A DNA stretch of 14,312 bases from Candidatus Methylomirabilia bacterium. Lineage in GTDB: Bacteria > Methylomirabilota > Methylomirabilia > Rokubacteriales > CSP1-6. Below are positions 14,247 to 14,312 of the stretch, piece by piece. The notes under the pieces were generated by a model. It saw nothing but the letters and a program-made list of their open reading frames with translations, was not told where the DNA came from and made no database searches. The stretch covers positions 1-14,312 of the forward strand of contig JBGQEL010000113.1 of the NCBI GenBank assembly GCA_041496385.1, read 5' to 3'. Made by a program: the position numbers and the translations under genes. Every line of letters begins with the position of its first letter. Position 1 is the stretch's first letter.

Positions 14247-14312
14247 TCAGCGCTGCGCGGCAGGCTCGGACGGGCTCGACCGGGCGAGGTCGAGCGTCGC
14301 CGGGAGCCCCTC
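14247..14312 (-). CDS. Probable 3' end of a convergent gene (partial, unknown product)
   Basis: Open minus-strand frame from the window edge, EGLPATLDLARSSPSEPAAQR*, with almost all codons ending in G/C. Its stop lies 9 nt from the lipoprotein stop. Confidence 0.4.
   Translation of the reverse strand, partial: EGLPATLDLARSSPSEPAAQR

Noticed and set aside
14234..14295. Intrinsic terminator hairpins after the lipoprotein (CTGAGC/GCTCAG; GCTCGACC/GGTCGAGC)
   Set aside because: Neither has a U-tract. The first largely reflects two facing stop codons, and the second probably lies inside the convergent CDS.

Overview
This very GC-rich bacterial chromosomal window is densely coding, with 12 complete CDS and the probable 3' end of a 13th. 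Gene content and style suggest a soil lineage such as Candidatus Rokubacteria/Methylomirabilota, which is inference only. Left to right: (1) an orphan Hcp-family (T6SS tube-like) protein that unusually carries a Sec signal peptide and a Cys pair; (2) a YqeY/GatB-domain protein; (3) a triuret hydrolase (TrtA) carrying all six recalled signature residues; (4-6) a divergent phnD-phnC-phnE ABC transporter with an atypical binding pocket; (7) a 1144-aa secreted protein with 12 NHL blades, an Ig-like domain, three Cys-rich repeats and an uncharacterised C-terminal triple (I/V)(K/R)AxHxxE(L/A)R domain; (8) a cysteine-dioxygenase-like cupin lacking the S-H-Y triad; (9-10) a xanthine dehydrogenase-family Mo subunit (AYRGAGR) coupled to an FAD oxidoreductase, without CoxS/CoxM partners; (11) a ThDP enzyme sharing a compact symmetric bidirectional promoter with the Mo gene; (12) a small lipoprotein. 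No rRNA, tRNA, CRISPR array or mobile element was recognised. All family assignments come from motif recognition by eye, not from database searches.
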